The notes: generated by a model from the sequence alone, not told the origin. Positions 46,397 to 56,492 are shown, counted from the first letter of the stretch. The stretch: DNA of 64,000 nt from an uncultured Pseudomonadota bacterium (GCA_902784345.1 CACZUD010000002.1:4912-68911); one strand, 5' to 3'. A program made the numbers and translations.

Positions 46397-46450
46397 ATCC
46401 GCGGAACGAATAATAAAGTATAAAAAATAAAAAAGCAAGGAAAAATAAAA

Positions 46451-47977
46451 ATGTTTACGATTAAAGGAAAAACGACAGATTGGGAATTGGTAATTGGATT
46501 AGAAACTCACATAGAAGTACTGTCTAACAGTAAAATCTTCAGTGGGGCTTCTGCAAACTATAACCCAACAATCGCCCCGAACACCCAGGCCTGTATGGTT
46601 GATACCGCTATGCCTGGTATGTTGCCAGTATTGAACAAATACTGTGTTGAACAGGCTATTAAATTTGGTTTGGGGATTAACGCAAAGATTTCTAATCGTT
46701 CAAAATTTGCCCGTAAACAGTATTTTTACCCTGACCTGCCCCAGGGGTATCAGATTTCTCAACCAGCAGAAGAACCACCTGTGGTTGGTCGTGGCTGGAT
46801 TGAAATTATGTCGGATGACGGTAATCCAAAGAAAATCTTTATCGAACGCGCGCACCTTGAACAAGATGCAGGTAAATTAAAACACGATATGCACCCGACA
46901 AAATCTATGGCTGATTATAACAGAACAGGTGTAACCTTGCTTGAAATCGTAACATTTTTGGACACTAAAAACCCAGAAAACAATTCGTATATAACATCGC
47001 CTGATGAAGCCGAAAGATACCTGCGCGAAATTCGTGAAATCGCACGTGCGCTTGGTGTATCCAAGGCAAACATGGAAGAAGGCTCTATGCGTGCAGACGT
47101 TAATGTATCTGTTCGTCCGGTTGGCGACAAAACTTTCCGCACACGTACTGAAACAAAAAACATGGTTTCCTTCAAATTTATAAAATCAGCGATTGAATAC
47201 GAAGCACGTCGTCAAATCAAAATCTATGAAAATGGCGGAACTGTTTCACAAGATACCATGCGTTATTCACAAAGCGATGGAACGACATCTGTCTTGCGCA
47301 GCAAAGAAGATGCGCTTGATTATCGTTATTTCCCAGATCCAGATTTATTGGAATTGGTTATCAGTGATGACGAAATCGAACGCATTCGTAAAACTATGCC
47401 TGAATTACCGGCTGCGACACGCGCAAGATATATCAATGAATATGGTTTATCAGAATACGATGCGAATCGCCTTACCGAAACAACAGATATTTCAAAATGG
47501 TATGATGCCGCCGTAGACGGAAAATCTGTACGTGCAAAACCGGTTGCAAACTGGATGATAAGTGAATTGTTTGCTCACCCTGAAAACTTTGATATTGAAA
47601 ATAAAATCAAAGAAAACTCTGATCCAGATGCGCCACGTATTATCACACCTGAAAATATTGCAGAATTGGTTGATATGATTGCAACAAACGAAATCAACGG
47701 TAAGCAAGCCAAAGATATATTTATCAAAATGTTGGACGGCGAACGTGGAACAATTCATGAAATTGCTGATAAATACGGCATGAAACAAATAACTGATACT
47801 GGTGCAATTGAAAGCGCAGTTGATGAAGTTATCAAAAATAATCCGGCCCAGGTTGAACAGTATAAATCCGGCAAAGTTGGGTTACTTGGTTTCTTTGTTG
47901 GTAATGTAATGAAAGCAACCAAAGGTCAGGCAAACCCCGCAATGGTAAGTGATTTATTAAAGAAAAAACTGGGTTAA
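46451..47977 (+). CDS. gatB: Glu/Asp-tRNA amidotransferase subunit B
   Basis: VIGLETHIEV, YFYPDLPQGYQISQ, ERAHLEQDAGK, and a C-terminal YqeY-like tail. Confidence 0.95.
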   Translation: MFTIKGKTTDWELVIGLETHIEVLSNSKIFSGASANYNPTIAPNTQACMVDTAMPGMLPVLNKYCVEQAIKFGLGINAKISNRSKFARKQYFYPDLPQGYQISQPAEEPPVVGRGWIEIMSDDGNPKKIFIERAHLEQDAGKLKHDMHPTKSMADYNRTGVTLLEIVTFLDTKNPENNSYITSPDEAERYLREIREIARALGVSKANMEEGSMRADVNVSVRPVGDKTFRTRTETKNMVSFKFIKSAIEYEARRQIKIYENGGTVSQDTMRYSQSDGTTSVLRSKEDALDYRYFPDPDLLELVISDDEIERIRKTMPELPAATRARYINEYGLSEYDANRLTETTDISKWYDAAVDGKSVRAKPVANWMISELFAHPENFDIENKIKENSDPDAPRIITPENIAELVDMIATNEINGKQAKDIFIKMLDGERGTIHEIADKYGMKQITDTGAIESAVDEVIKNNPAQVEQYKSGKVGLLGFFVGNVMKATKGQANPAMVSDLLKKKLG

Positions 47978-47979
47978 AC

Positions 47980-48333
47980 ATGGGTCGTATAGTCGTTGTT
48001 TTTCCGTATGGCATGGGGTTAAACCAAAAACAAAGAATACTGGAAATGCTTCGTATAGCGGCCGCCAATATAACTGCTATACAGTTTCCAGATATAATCA
48101 TTGAAGAATCTGAACAAGATATTGTCGAACAAATAGAAAAGCTGGAACAGAAAGCCGTCAAAATTTATGAAATAAAGCATGTTGAGATTCCAGATATAAA
48201 AATGTCTGAAATTTTAGTAAACAAAAAAATAAACGAACAACAAAAATACCGCGAAAGATATATGCGAAACCAAGTGAACAAAATTTATCGCAACCAAAAA
48301 AAGATTTATTTTAACCGAACAAAATGTAAATAA
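47980..48333 (+). CDS. Hypothetical protein
   Basis: 117-aa ORF starting 2 nt after the gatB stop, with a basic C-terminus. No recognisable family. Confidence 0.4.
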   Translation: MGRIVVVFPYGMGLNQKQRILEMLRIAAANITAIQFPDIIIEESEQDIVEQIEKLEQKAVKIYEIKHVEIPDIKMSEILVNKKINEQQKYRERYMRNQVNKIYRNQKKIYFNRTKCK

Positions 48334-48345
48334 GGAAATATAAAA

Positions 48346-48810
48346 ATGAAAATTATAGGTATTGTGAAAAACAATTGTATAACAGGCGTTGAATACGGTC
48401 TTATTGAAGTAGCCGACACAAAAGGTATACCTTCGTCACAAAAAAAGAACAAAAAAAATAATGAAAAAAAGATTAAGAAAAACAAAAAACATGTTTCTGA
48501 TAAAAACGTTCGCATAAAAACAGCACATGTTGAAAAAGAAACAAAAACTGCAGCCCCAAAAAAGACAAAGCGCAGATATCGTATACATGCAACAATCACA
48601 TTGTCTTACAATTTTAAGAGTTCGCAAAAGCATGTTGATTTAAGCAAAAAACAATTTACCAAGGCCAAAGATTTATTTAAAAAGAAACAACGTAAGGATA
48701 AAATTGCCTTGCAAAATCTTGCACAGCAGATAACAATGGAACCAATTATGGATTTAATCGTTTTCGACACTATCGAAGCTCTAAATTCAACAAAACAAAA
48801 AAACAGATAA
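48346..48810 (+). CDS. Hypothetical lysine-rich protein
   Basis: 154-aa ORF with a very K-rich centre (QKKNKKNNEKKIKKNKK). No recognisable family. Confidence 0.4.
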   Translation: MKIIGIVKNNCITGVEYGLIEVADTKGIPSSQKKNKKNNEKKIKKNKKHVSDKNVRIKTAHVEKETKTAAPKKTKRRYRIHATITLSYNFKSSQKHVDLSKKQFTKAKDLFKKKQRKDKIALQNLAQQITMEPIMDLIVFDTIEALNSTKQKNR

Positions 48811-48832
48811 AAACCGGACACTGAACACGCAC

Positions 48833-50134
48833 ATGCAGAAATTTTTTATACAAACTTTCGGCTGTCAAATGAACGTATATGACGGTCAACGAATCGCCGC
48901 CATGCTGGAAAAGCACGGACTTGTCCAAACAGACAATGTTGAAGACGCAGATATAATAATACTTAACACTTGTGCCGTTCGTGCCAAAGCAACCGACAAA
49001 GTATATTCTGCACTTGGACGCATACGCCGTGCAAAAAAAGACGGTGCCCTGCTCGGTATTGTTGGTTGTGTAGCGCGCGAATCTGGGGCTGACGCTTTTA
49101 AAAGAATACCAGAATTAAATTTTGTTCTTGGTCCACAAAGTTATCATAAATTACCAGAAATTTTAAAGAACCCCGATACAAAACTATTAAATATTGATAT
49201 GTCGGGGCTTGAAAAGTTTGATGAATTGCCACAAATGACAAAGTCACCATTGGTGGCATACATACCTATTCAAGAAGGCTGCAATCATTGTTGCACATAT
49301 TGTATTGTACCCTATACACGTGGTCGTGAATTATCACGTCCATTTAAAGATGTTATAAACGACACAATAAATGCAGCAAAAACAGGTGCAATAGAAATTT
49401 GTTTCCTTGGTCAAAATGTCAATGGATATAAATACACAGATGAAAAAGGCAAACTTTATAAACTTTCCGATTTAATTCGTGAAACGGCTAAACTGCCCGA
49501 AATTCACCGTATACGCTTCACTTCCAGTTATCCAACAGAAATGTCAGACGACCTGATTGAAATATTTGGACAAGAACCAAAACTGTTACCATTTTTAAAT
49601 ATGCCTATTCAAAGTGGTTCTCCGCGTATTTTGAAAAAGATGAACAGACCAGATGATATTGATGCTTATAAAGCAATAGTAAAAAAATTAAAATCTGTTC
49701 GCCCAAATATTCAAATATCTTCCGATTTTATCGTTGGTTTCCCGGACGAAAACGATGAAGATTTTGAACAAACATTGCAAATTGCACGTGAAATAAAATA
49801 CATAAATTCGTATTCTTTTAAATATTCGCCACGCCCACATACGGCAGCAGCCTTGATGGGCAACCAAATCAGCGAACAAATAAAATCTGTTCGTCTGCAA
49901 AGACTTGATTTGCAATTAAATGAAAATCAACGCGAATTTAACACTTCTTGCATTGAACAAGAAATGGTTTGTTTGTTTGAAGGCAACGACAAAACAGGCA
50001 AGCATCTTGTATTCAGAACCCCGTATATGCAACAATGTATCGTTGACAAACCAGATTATGAAATTACACCATTGCAAAAAATAAAAATCACCGATGCGAA
50101 CAAATCCTGCCTGCGCGGCGAAATAATTAAATAA
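48833..50134 (+). CDS. miaB: tRNA-2-methylthio-N6-dimethylallyladenosine synthase
   Basis: FGCQMNVYD, radical-SAM CNHCCTYC, C-terminal TRAM domain. Confidence 0.92.
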   Translation: MQKFFIQTFGCQMNVYDGQRIAAMLEKHGLVQTDNVEDADIIILNTCAVRAKATDKVYSALGRIRRAKKDGALLGIVGCVARESGADAFKRIPELNFVLGPQSYHKLPEILKNPDTKLLNIDMSGLEKFDELPQMTKSPLVAYIPIQEGCNHCCTYCIVPYTRGRELSRPFKDVINDTINAAKTGAIEICFLGQNVNGYKYTDEKGKLYKLSDLIRETAKLPEIHRIRFTSSYPTEMSDDLIEIFGQEPKLLPFLNMPIQSGSPRILKKMNRPDDIDAYKAIVKKLKSVRPNIQISSDFIVGFPDENDEDFEQTLQIAREIKYINSYSFKYSPRPHTAAALMGNQISEQIKSVRLQRLDLQLNENQREFNTSCIEQEMVCLFEGNDKTGKHLVFRTPYMQQCIVDKPDYEITPLQKIKITDANKSCLRGEIIK

Positions 50135-50136
50135 TA

Positions 50137-51417
50137 TTAAAAATACATTTTTCCGTTAACCGATAATTTATAATTTGTTCCAAACTCGTTGCGAAACGCA
50201 CTAAATCCAACGTATGCACCTGCATTATCAACAACAGAAACGAAACCTATCTTTGTTTCAATATTCCAATTTGCTTTTTCATCGGTTGCAACAGATGCCG
50301 CATATTCATATTTCATCCCGTCCATTACAAAATCATATTTACCCAGTAATCCAGTATGCAAATTCATATTTCTATCTGAAAACCCAGAAACAAAATTATT
50401 TTGAAACAATACACCAACGAATGGTGCAAATACAAAATCATCAAAATCTTTATAATCGTACCCTATGCTCAAACGTGCATATTCAGACACACCCTTTGGA
50501 TTATCAGTAATATCGCCATTTACATATATATTATCAGCATTAAAGACAGACTGGTTTATCCCTGCGATTCCATCTAACCAAAAAGTGTCGATATATTGTT
50601 TTACCCGAATATCCAGCCCATATACCATCCCGTCAAAATCGTTGAAATTATCACTGTACGAAAAACGGTTTAAATTTAGCCCTATTTTGAAAAACAAATC
50701 TTTATATTTATTTGCGATATAAAGATGACCACCATAATTACTGGTTTTATCAGAAAAGATATAATCAATATCTGCCCCGACACCTTTATTTGTTCCCGAC
50801 AATAAATCTATCAATACGGCACGATTCAAGGTCTTTATCGGATTCATCAAAATCATAGGATTAAAATGATATGCAGAATTCATCACAGAATTTATTTCCG
50901 TTATTGTTAAAGCACTGTCCATCGCAGATAACATTTTATCATCCGGATGATTTAACCTTATATTTTCAAGAAAAGCGCCACGAGAATCTTTAAATACTTT
51001 TTTATAGTCTGTTTCTCGGACCAAATTAAAGAACAAATCACTACCTGCGGCATTAAAATTTACCTTATATAAATTATCAGCATCTTTTACAAAAACATTG
51101 ACAACATTCGCACTTGATACATGTTCAAGTTTTTGCCCATTATTTTTACTACTAAGGTTTTTAATATCCAAATAAACATTTGTACCAAATTCAACATCCG
51201 CATTCCAATTTTGCCAATCAGAAAAGTCATTTATGAACACAACAGATTTATCAAATCTGTATTTATCTGCAACAGTGGCTTTTATTTCGTCCAAAGCGAT
51301 ATAGTCATAATTACAAACCTGAGCTACTGTTTGTGTTCCCAAAACCTGCACTGGCACAACAGCGTATGTATCAGTAATAATAAATACCGATAAAAAAGAG
51401 ATTAAGTATTTATTCAT
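50137..51417 (-). CDS. Autotransporter-like outer-membrane beta-barrel protein
   Basis: Signal peptide, a ~200-aa N-terminal region, then a ~230-aa alternating-strand region ending NYKLSVNGKMYF. Its stop lies 2 nt from the convergent miaB stop. Confidence 0.5.
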   Translation of the reverse strand: MNKYLISFLSVFIITDTYAVVPVQVLGTQTVAQVCNYDYIALDEIKATVADKYRFDKSVVFINDFSDWQNWNADVEFGTNVYLDIKNLSSKNNGQKLEHVSSANVVNVFVKDADNLYKVNFNAAGSDLFFNLVRETDYKKVFKDSRGAFLENIRLNHPDDKMLSAMDSALTITEINSVMNSAYHFNPMILMNPIKTLNRAVLIDLLSGTNKGVGADIDYIFSDKTSNYGGHLYIANKYKDLFFKIGLNLNRFSYSDNFNDFDGMVYGLDIRVKQYIDTFWLDGIAGINQSVFNADNIYVNGDITDNPKGVSEYARLSIGYDYKDFDDFVFAPFVGVLFQNNFVSGFSDRNMNLHTGLLGKYDFVMDGMKYEYAASVATDEKANWNIETKIGFVSVVDNAGAYVGFSAFRNEFGTNYKLSVNGKMYF

Positions 51418-51454
51418 AACACTTTGATATTAGCATACAAAGATTTTTTGATTC

Positions 51455-51483
51455 AATAAAAAATCCCGTTTAACACGGGATTT
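51455..51483 (-). terminator. Terminator downstream of the 51506 OMP gene
   Basis: AAATCCCGT-ttaac-ACGGGATTT, followed by a T-run on the minus strand. Confidence 0.6.
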
Positions 51484-51505
51484 CAAAGCGAAACGAGGAA
51501 AGTTT

Positions 51506-52108
51506 TTAAAACATATAACGAATACCGATATCACCGCTGAAATCGTGCATTCCTGCTTGAACATCGATATAATTATAACGTGCAGCCACTTCAACATTGA
51601 AACATCCAAAAGGCATAGACAATCCCAATGTACCCATTACGGAAAAAGCGGTATCATCTTTACTGATATCTGCCGCCTTGGTATTTACAAATGCAAGACC
51701 TGCACCTAAACCGGCGAAAGGCTGAATATAATGGAATTTCCATAAATCCATATAGACATTGCCCATCAATTCGATATTCTTTGACGAAACACCTACGTTA
51801 GCGATATCGCCGAAATCCTTGTTTTTATTACCCTTGGTAAAGAAAGAGCCTTCGATTTCAATACGTGTTTTTTCATACAAAGACAAACCCAATGCCGTAC
51901 GAAGTTGGTACAAGTTTTGTGATACACTTTCTTTTGTATTATTAAAACTATAATTTAAATTACCGTATGTAGCACCACCACGAAGTGCGACATATGGCAA
52001 TACTTCCCACCCCAAAAAGTCTTTTGTTTGTTGTTCATATGCTCGCCCACCTGCGAATGCTGGTGCAGCCATTAATACTGCCATTGATGTGGCAATAAGT
52101 TTTTTCAT
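51506..52108 (-). CDS. Small outer-membrane beta-barrel protein (OmpA-beta-barrel/Opa-like family)
   Basis: Start trimmed to MKKLIATSMAVLMAAPAFA (AAGGAG RBS). About 8 amphipathic strands, ending GDIGIRYMF. Confidence 0.7.
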   Translation of the reverse strand: MKKLIATSMAVLMAAPAFAGGRAYEQQTKDFLGWEVLPYVALRGGATYGNLNYSFNNTKESVSQNLYQLRTALGLSLYEKTRIEIEGSFFTKGNKNKDFGDIANVGVSSKNIELMGNVYMDLWKFHYIQPFAGLGAGLAFVNTKAADISKDDTAFSVMGTLGLSMPFGCFNVEVAARYNYIDVQAGMHDFSGDIGIRYMF

Positions 52109-52236
52109 AAGTTTCTCCTTTTGTTGCTGATTAATCTCAACACTGTGCATTCTATCAGACGATACACAATATTTACATAGGGATGAATCCATAGGACGTT
52201 TCTCATACCCCAGAAAATCAACCGTATAGAAAAGAT

Positions 52237-52911
52237 TTATGAAATTAATTTTTTGATAACAAAATCAGACAACATTAATCCAAATGATCCCGTAACAGTT
52301 ACAATCGATCCAAATTCACGGCCACCATTTTTTTGTGGTGTTGCTGTTTCAGTTGAATAAACCACAGGAAAGTCTTTTAACTTTTCCTCTTTTACAATAT
52401 GCCTTATTTTTGCGGCCAACGGACATACACTTGTTTTCGATATTTTATCAATCTTGATTTTTGTCAGGTCCGTTTTGCGCGCGGCCCCCATACTGGAAAC
52501 AAAAGGTATTTTGTTTTTCAAACACCATTTATACAATGCTATTTTAGATTGCACACTGTCAATCGCATCAATTACAAAATCAGGTTTTATATCCAAATCG
52601 GTCTTATCATCAAAAAACAAATCAAAGGCATCAACCGCTGTATTCGGATTTATATCATGTATTCTGGCCTTGGCAACTTCGACCTTTGATTTACCGATTG
52701 TAGAACCAAGTGCAAACAACTGACGATTGATATTTGATTCTTCAACTTTATCAAAATCTATTATGACAATGTGCCCCACCCCACTTCGCGCCAAGGCCTC
52801 TATTGCAAAAGAACCAACCGCACCACACCCAACCACCATCACGGTTGATTTTTCTAATTTCTTTACAACATCTTTACCCAACAACAAAGTGATTCTATGT
52901 AATCTATTCAT
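52237..52911 (-). CDS. tcdA: tRNA threonylcarbamoyladenosine dehydratase (ThiF/E1-like)
   Basis: VMVVGCGAVGSFAIEALARSGVGHIVIIDFDKVEESNINRQ nucleotide-binding block; ~224 aa. Confidence 0.75.
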   Translation of the reverse strand: MNRLHRITLLLGKDVVKKLEKSTVMVVGCGAVGSFAIEALARSGVGHIVIIDFDKVEESNINRQLFALGSTIGKSKVEVAKARIHDINPNTAVDAFDLFFDDKTDLDIKPDFVIDAIDSVQSKIALYKWCLKNKIPFVSSMGAARKTDLTKIKIDKISKTSVCPLAAKIRHIVKEEKLKDFPVVYSTETATPQKNGGREFGSIVTVTGSFGLMLSDFVIKKLIS

Positions 52912-53581
52912 TATTTAACACCCTTAAAGTATTGTTATAAATAACCGATTCGTTTTTTGATATTTTATCAATAAGATTTTTCAAAATTATATTTTTATCA
53001 CCATCAGTTTCAATCAGAATTCTATTATTTGGAATTTCTTCTATACGACAGAATCTGTCGTATACAACATTTTTACCCAATGAAAAATATATGTTTTTAT
53101 ATTGCAATAATTTTGTTAAAATATCATTATTTGCACTAAAATCATGCAGGACCATTACAGGCAATTCAGATTCTTTATATTGCTTTAAAACATGTAATAT
53201 TTTATCCCATGCACCAACACAATGCAAAAACACAGATCTTTGCAAACGAATCGCCAAATCCAATTGTTTTTGAAACAATTCCAATTGTTTTTCCATATCT
53301 GGTTTATATTTATCCAGACCTATTTCGCCGACCATATATTCAGAATTTGTTTTTAATAAATCTTCAAGTCTTTTTTCAAAACCTGGTTCAACAGAATCAA
53401 CAAACCAAGGATGTATTCCAAATGCACCATAAATATTTTTATCCTTGTGCAACAATTCAGACAAAACACCCCATTCTAATTCTTTTGTTGCACAACAAAG
53501 TGTTCCAACCACATCTTTTTGGAAATTATGGGTGATATATTCAATATGGCTGTGAGCATCTATTATTTTCATAATACTCAT
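52904..53581 (-). CDS. tatD: TatD-family metal-dependent hydrolase/DNase
   Basis: IIDAHSHIE (HxH), GEIGLD, VFLHCV, ETDGD motifs. Start uncertain (M at 53581 or 53572). Confidence 0.75.
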   Translation of the reverse strand: MSIMKIIDAHSHIEYITHNFQKDVVGTLCCATKELEWGVLSELLHKDKNIYGAFGIHPWFVDSVEPGFEKRLEDLLKTNSEYMVGEIGLDKYKPDMEKQLELFQKQLDLAIRLQRSVFLHCVGAWDKILHVLKQYKESELPVMVLHDFSANNDILTKLLQYKNIYFSLGKNVVYDRFCRIEEIPNNRILIETDGDKNIILKNLIDKISKNESVIYNNTLRVLNNE

Positions 53582-53613
53582 TAAAGCACAAATAACGCAA
53601 TTTTCAAGATTGA

Positions 53614-54969
53614 TTAAAATCGTTGTTGGAAACTGAATTCCGTAGTCCATTTTTCATATTCACGCGCCGGTATATTTGAATCTTTCTTGGTATAACTGAA
53701 AGTTATGGTTGGAACAAAACCGTTAACTTCCAATTTATTATTAGATAAAGAAATTGCATAACGTTGCAAGAAATCTTTTTCTTTTACTGGTTGGTAAGTA
53801 TTGTCTTTTACAACCCAACGCGCCCCGTCATAGTTTACCCATGAAAAATATGGTTCTAAATACACACGAAAGCCATAAGGTAATTCTGCGCCAAAACCGA
53901 TACTGCCACCATATTTGCGATTGGCATAAGCGTCCACTTTTGCTGTTTCGCGTTCTATATTTCCACGCAATATAAAATATTTCGTAGAATCTAATGAATA
54001 AGTAATATGAGGCATTGCTGTATAAGTTTGACCGTCCATCCAATCGCCATATTCATCATATAAATTGTCCATAACACGCAAAGTTAATCCCGACGATAAC
54101 TTACGTGACCAATCATAATTCATATCCAGTTTACCACCATATGCCCAACTATACCTGTCCCATCCATACCAACGTCGATTCACAATGGCGGCTAACCATA
54201 TATCCCCTTTTTCCCAGACATAACGCGGTCCTGTTGACGAAGCCAGATATAAATCATCGTATTTATGTTTATCGTAAATATTTGTGTAAATGGTTGCATC
54301 ACTTTTCCAGCGCCAATTATCAGACAATTTGAATTCATAATTTCCACCCAGCATAAAATTCGTGCCAATTGCCTTTTCTGGTTCTGGTAAATTGCGACAA
54401 AAAGTACCCCACTCGTTAGTTATACATTCATTACCCCCACTTGCCTGATTCACATTGTTATCAGGTGCAGCGCCGAAATTGAACCACACGTTCCAATTTT
54501 TATTTTTACGCGCAACATATCGCAAATACATCATACGCTGTTTGATTTCATCGGGAATATCTTTACCGGCCATCGCAAGGCGCAAATTATAGTCCGCCCG
54601 ATACCATTGCCCTTTCATCATATAGCAAATAGCCAATTCATAACGAATCTTTACCAAATCTGGTTGGTCATCCAGAATTTTTCTGTAAATACGAATCGCT
54701 TCGTCAATGTTGCCTTTCTTTTGTTCAATTTGCGCCAACAAATACCAACGTTCAATTTCCACAGGCAAATTGTTTGTCTGTGGCATATTGATTAAAATTG
54801 CTTGGGCCTGGCTATAATCACCAAAATCAACAAAACGTCCGGCCAATTTCACTGCATCCAGTGCAGACATTGTAATTTCTGTTTTATCTTCTTGGACCTT
54901 AGCAGAAGATTCTGCCGAAACAATGCCCGGCAGAATCAAAAGCACAAAAAACAATAAAAATTTTATCAC
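53614..54969 (-). CDS. Surface lipoprotein assembly modifier (Slam, DUF560; type XI secretion OM component)
   Basis: Signal peptide, N-terminal TPR-like region (GDYSQAQAIL...GNIDEAIRIYRKILDDQPD), then a W/Y/G-rich 14-strand-like barrel ending TTEFSFQQRF. It lies 8 nt downstream of a lipoprotein gene. Confidence 0.7.
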   Translation of the reverse strand: MIKFLLFFVLLILPGIVSAESSAKVQEDKTEITMSALDAVKLAGRFVDFGDYSQAQAILINMPQTNNLPVEIERWYLLAQIEQKKGNIDEAIRIYRKILDDQPDLVKIRYELAICYMMKGQWYRADYNLRLAMAGKDIPDEIKQRMMYLRYVARKNKNWNVWFNFGAAPDNNVNQASGGNECITNEWGTFCRNLPEPEKAIGTNFMLGGNYEFKLSDNWRWKSDATIYTNIYDKHKYDDLYLASSTGPRYVWEKGDIWLAAIVNRRWYGWDRYSWAYGGKLDMNYDWSRKLSSGLTLRVMDNLYDEYGDWMDGQTYTAMPHITYSLDSTKYFILRGNIERETAKVDAYANRKYGGSIGFGAELPYGFRVYLEPYFSWVNYDGARWVVKDNTYQPVKEKDFLQRYAISLSNNKLEVNGFVPTITFSYTKKDSNIPAREYEKWTTEFSFQQRF

Positions 54970-54976
54970 AATATTT

Positions 54977-56422
54977 TTAATCTTTCGTCATACCATAGGC
55001 AGCTTGGAATTCCCATTCACGTTTATTGCCAGCACCAAAATCAGTAACTTCTTTATACCGTAATGTTCCTGCTGCTTCTGTTGGATCATCTATACCATAA
55101 TAACCTGGATTAAAGGATTCAACCGTCTTTGTGTTGGTTCCCCCAGGTGCAGTGGATAAATCTGCATCCCTGCGGTACATACTTCCAACCGCACCGTCTA
55201 CCCCAGGTTTCGTAGCGCTATCAAATGTTATATGTGCATCACTTCCGACATTTTTTTCCACTGTAACATCATAGAACCCATCATCACTGAATGGCATTGT
55301 TAACAACTGATTACCTTCGCTGTCTATTGCCAATGTCGCATTCGTAGTAAAATATGCCTTACTAATACCGTGTCCAGCATTTTCTGGTTCAGGATAGCCG
55401 GCATCTCCTGGGTTTGTTGTCTTGTATTTTACACCATATTTATCCAGATAAGTTGTACGCCCTTCACCTTCTGCTTTTATACTGGAATAAACACGACCCA
55501 CGGCCTTGCCAGAGAATGATGTGTTATTTCCTGGAGTCAAGGTGTCTACTTTGGTTCCATCTGTTTTTATCGCATAACCACCGGCAAACAATTGATAATC
55601 TTCTTTCGCCAATTCAGCGGCAAATTCAGAATCGGACCTGTAAGAATCTAAATTTTCACGCGACAAATATGTGGTCTTTATAGTATTCGCAGTATCCGTA
55701 TCGCCATTTTTTAATGCGGTCTCATAATCTCTGATATGTCCCAGAACTTCTGCTGTTATGTTTTTAGATTTGAATCTGTACACAGGATTAAAATAACCGA
55801 AATCAGCATATCTTAACTTAGTCGACGCCCCATCTATATCATCACCATAAGTTTTGACCACTAATCTTTCATCTATACGATTCCAATGTCCACCGGTTAA
55901 ATGATTTGATTGTGCCAAACTTACAAGATTGTCCCATGTTTGTCCATTATCAACAACACGATATATTGCTTCGTCGTTACCATTTTTAACATATTCAAAT
56001 ATTGGCCCTTCAAACAGAGTAGAATCTTCTGTGCTTCGAACTGTCCTTCCACTGGATTCACCACCGACATCCATATGAATAGCATTTATTTGACCAGATC
56101 TGTCCAGTTCCAAACGCAAGAAAGAGTTTTTTGATGGGTCATCTTCATTTAAATTTTCTGCAGTAAAAAATTTCACATCGTCCAATCTGTATGAAGTATA
56201 TGTCTTTCCATTATAAGTCGTCTTGGCAGAACGTGTTATAGGTTCAGAACCGCTTGCAACCAAAATTTCCGAACTCATCTGGGTAATATCTTTATTACTT
56301 GCGATAGCATCTTGAGATACTGCGGAACGCGCTATTGTTCCACCGCCAGCACCTCCACCACCAGAACCACCGCCACACGCGGCCAACACCAAAACAGACA
56401 TTAAGAGGAAATATCTTTTCAT
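54977..56422 (-). CDS. TbpB/fHbp-like surface lipoprotein (putative Slam cargo)
   Basis: Lipobox LAAC followed by a GGGSGGGGAGGG linker. Internal LRYADFGYF...QLFAGGY...FSGKAVGRVY, and C-terminal FNPGYYGIDDPTEAAGTLRY...EFQAAYGMTKD, resemble the handle and beta-barrel of TbpB-family lipoproteins. Confidence 0.65.
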   Translation of the reverse strand: MKRYFLLMSVLVLAACGGGSGGGGAGGGTIARSAVSQDAIASNKDITQMSSEILVASGSEPITRSAKTTYNGKTYTSYRLDDVKFFTAENLNEDDPSKNSFLRLELDRSGQINAIHMDVGGESSGRTVRSTEDSTLFEGPIFEYVKNGNDEAIYRVVDNGQTWDNLVSLAQSNHLTGGHWNRIDERLVVKTYGDDIDGASTKLRYADFGYFNPVYRFKSKNITAEVLGHIRDYETALKNGDTDTANTIKTTYLSRENLDSYRSDSEFAAELAKEDYQLFAGGYAIKTDGTKVDTLTPGNNTSFSGKAVGRVYSSIKAEGEGRTTYLDKYGVKYKTTNPGDAGYPEPENAGHGISKAYFTTNATLAIDSEGNQLLTMPFSDDGFYDVTVEKNVGSDAHITFDSATKPGVDGAVGSMYRRDADLSTAPGGTNTKTVESFNPGYYGIDDPTEAAGTLRYKEVTDFGAGNKREWEFQAAYGMTKD

Positions 56423-56492
56423 GTTTTTCTCCTTAGTTTCTTTCTGATAATTTTATTATATATGATATATTCCAGAACAAGCAAGGAAAAAC

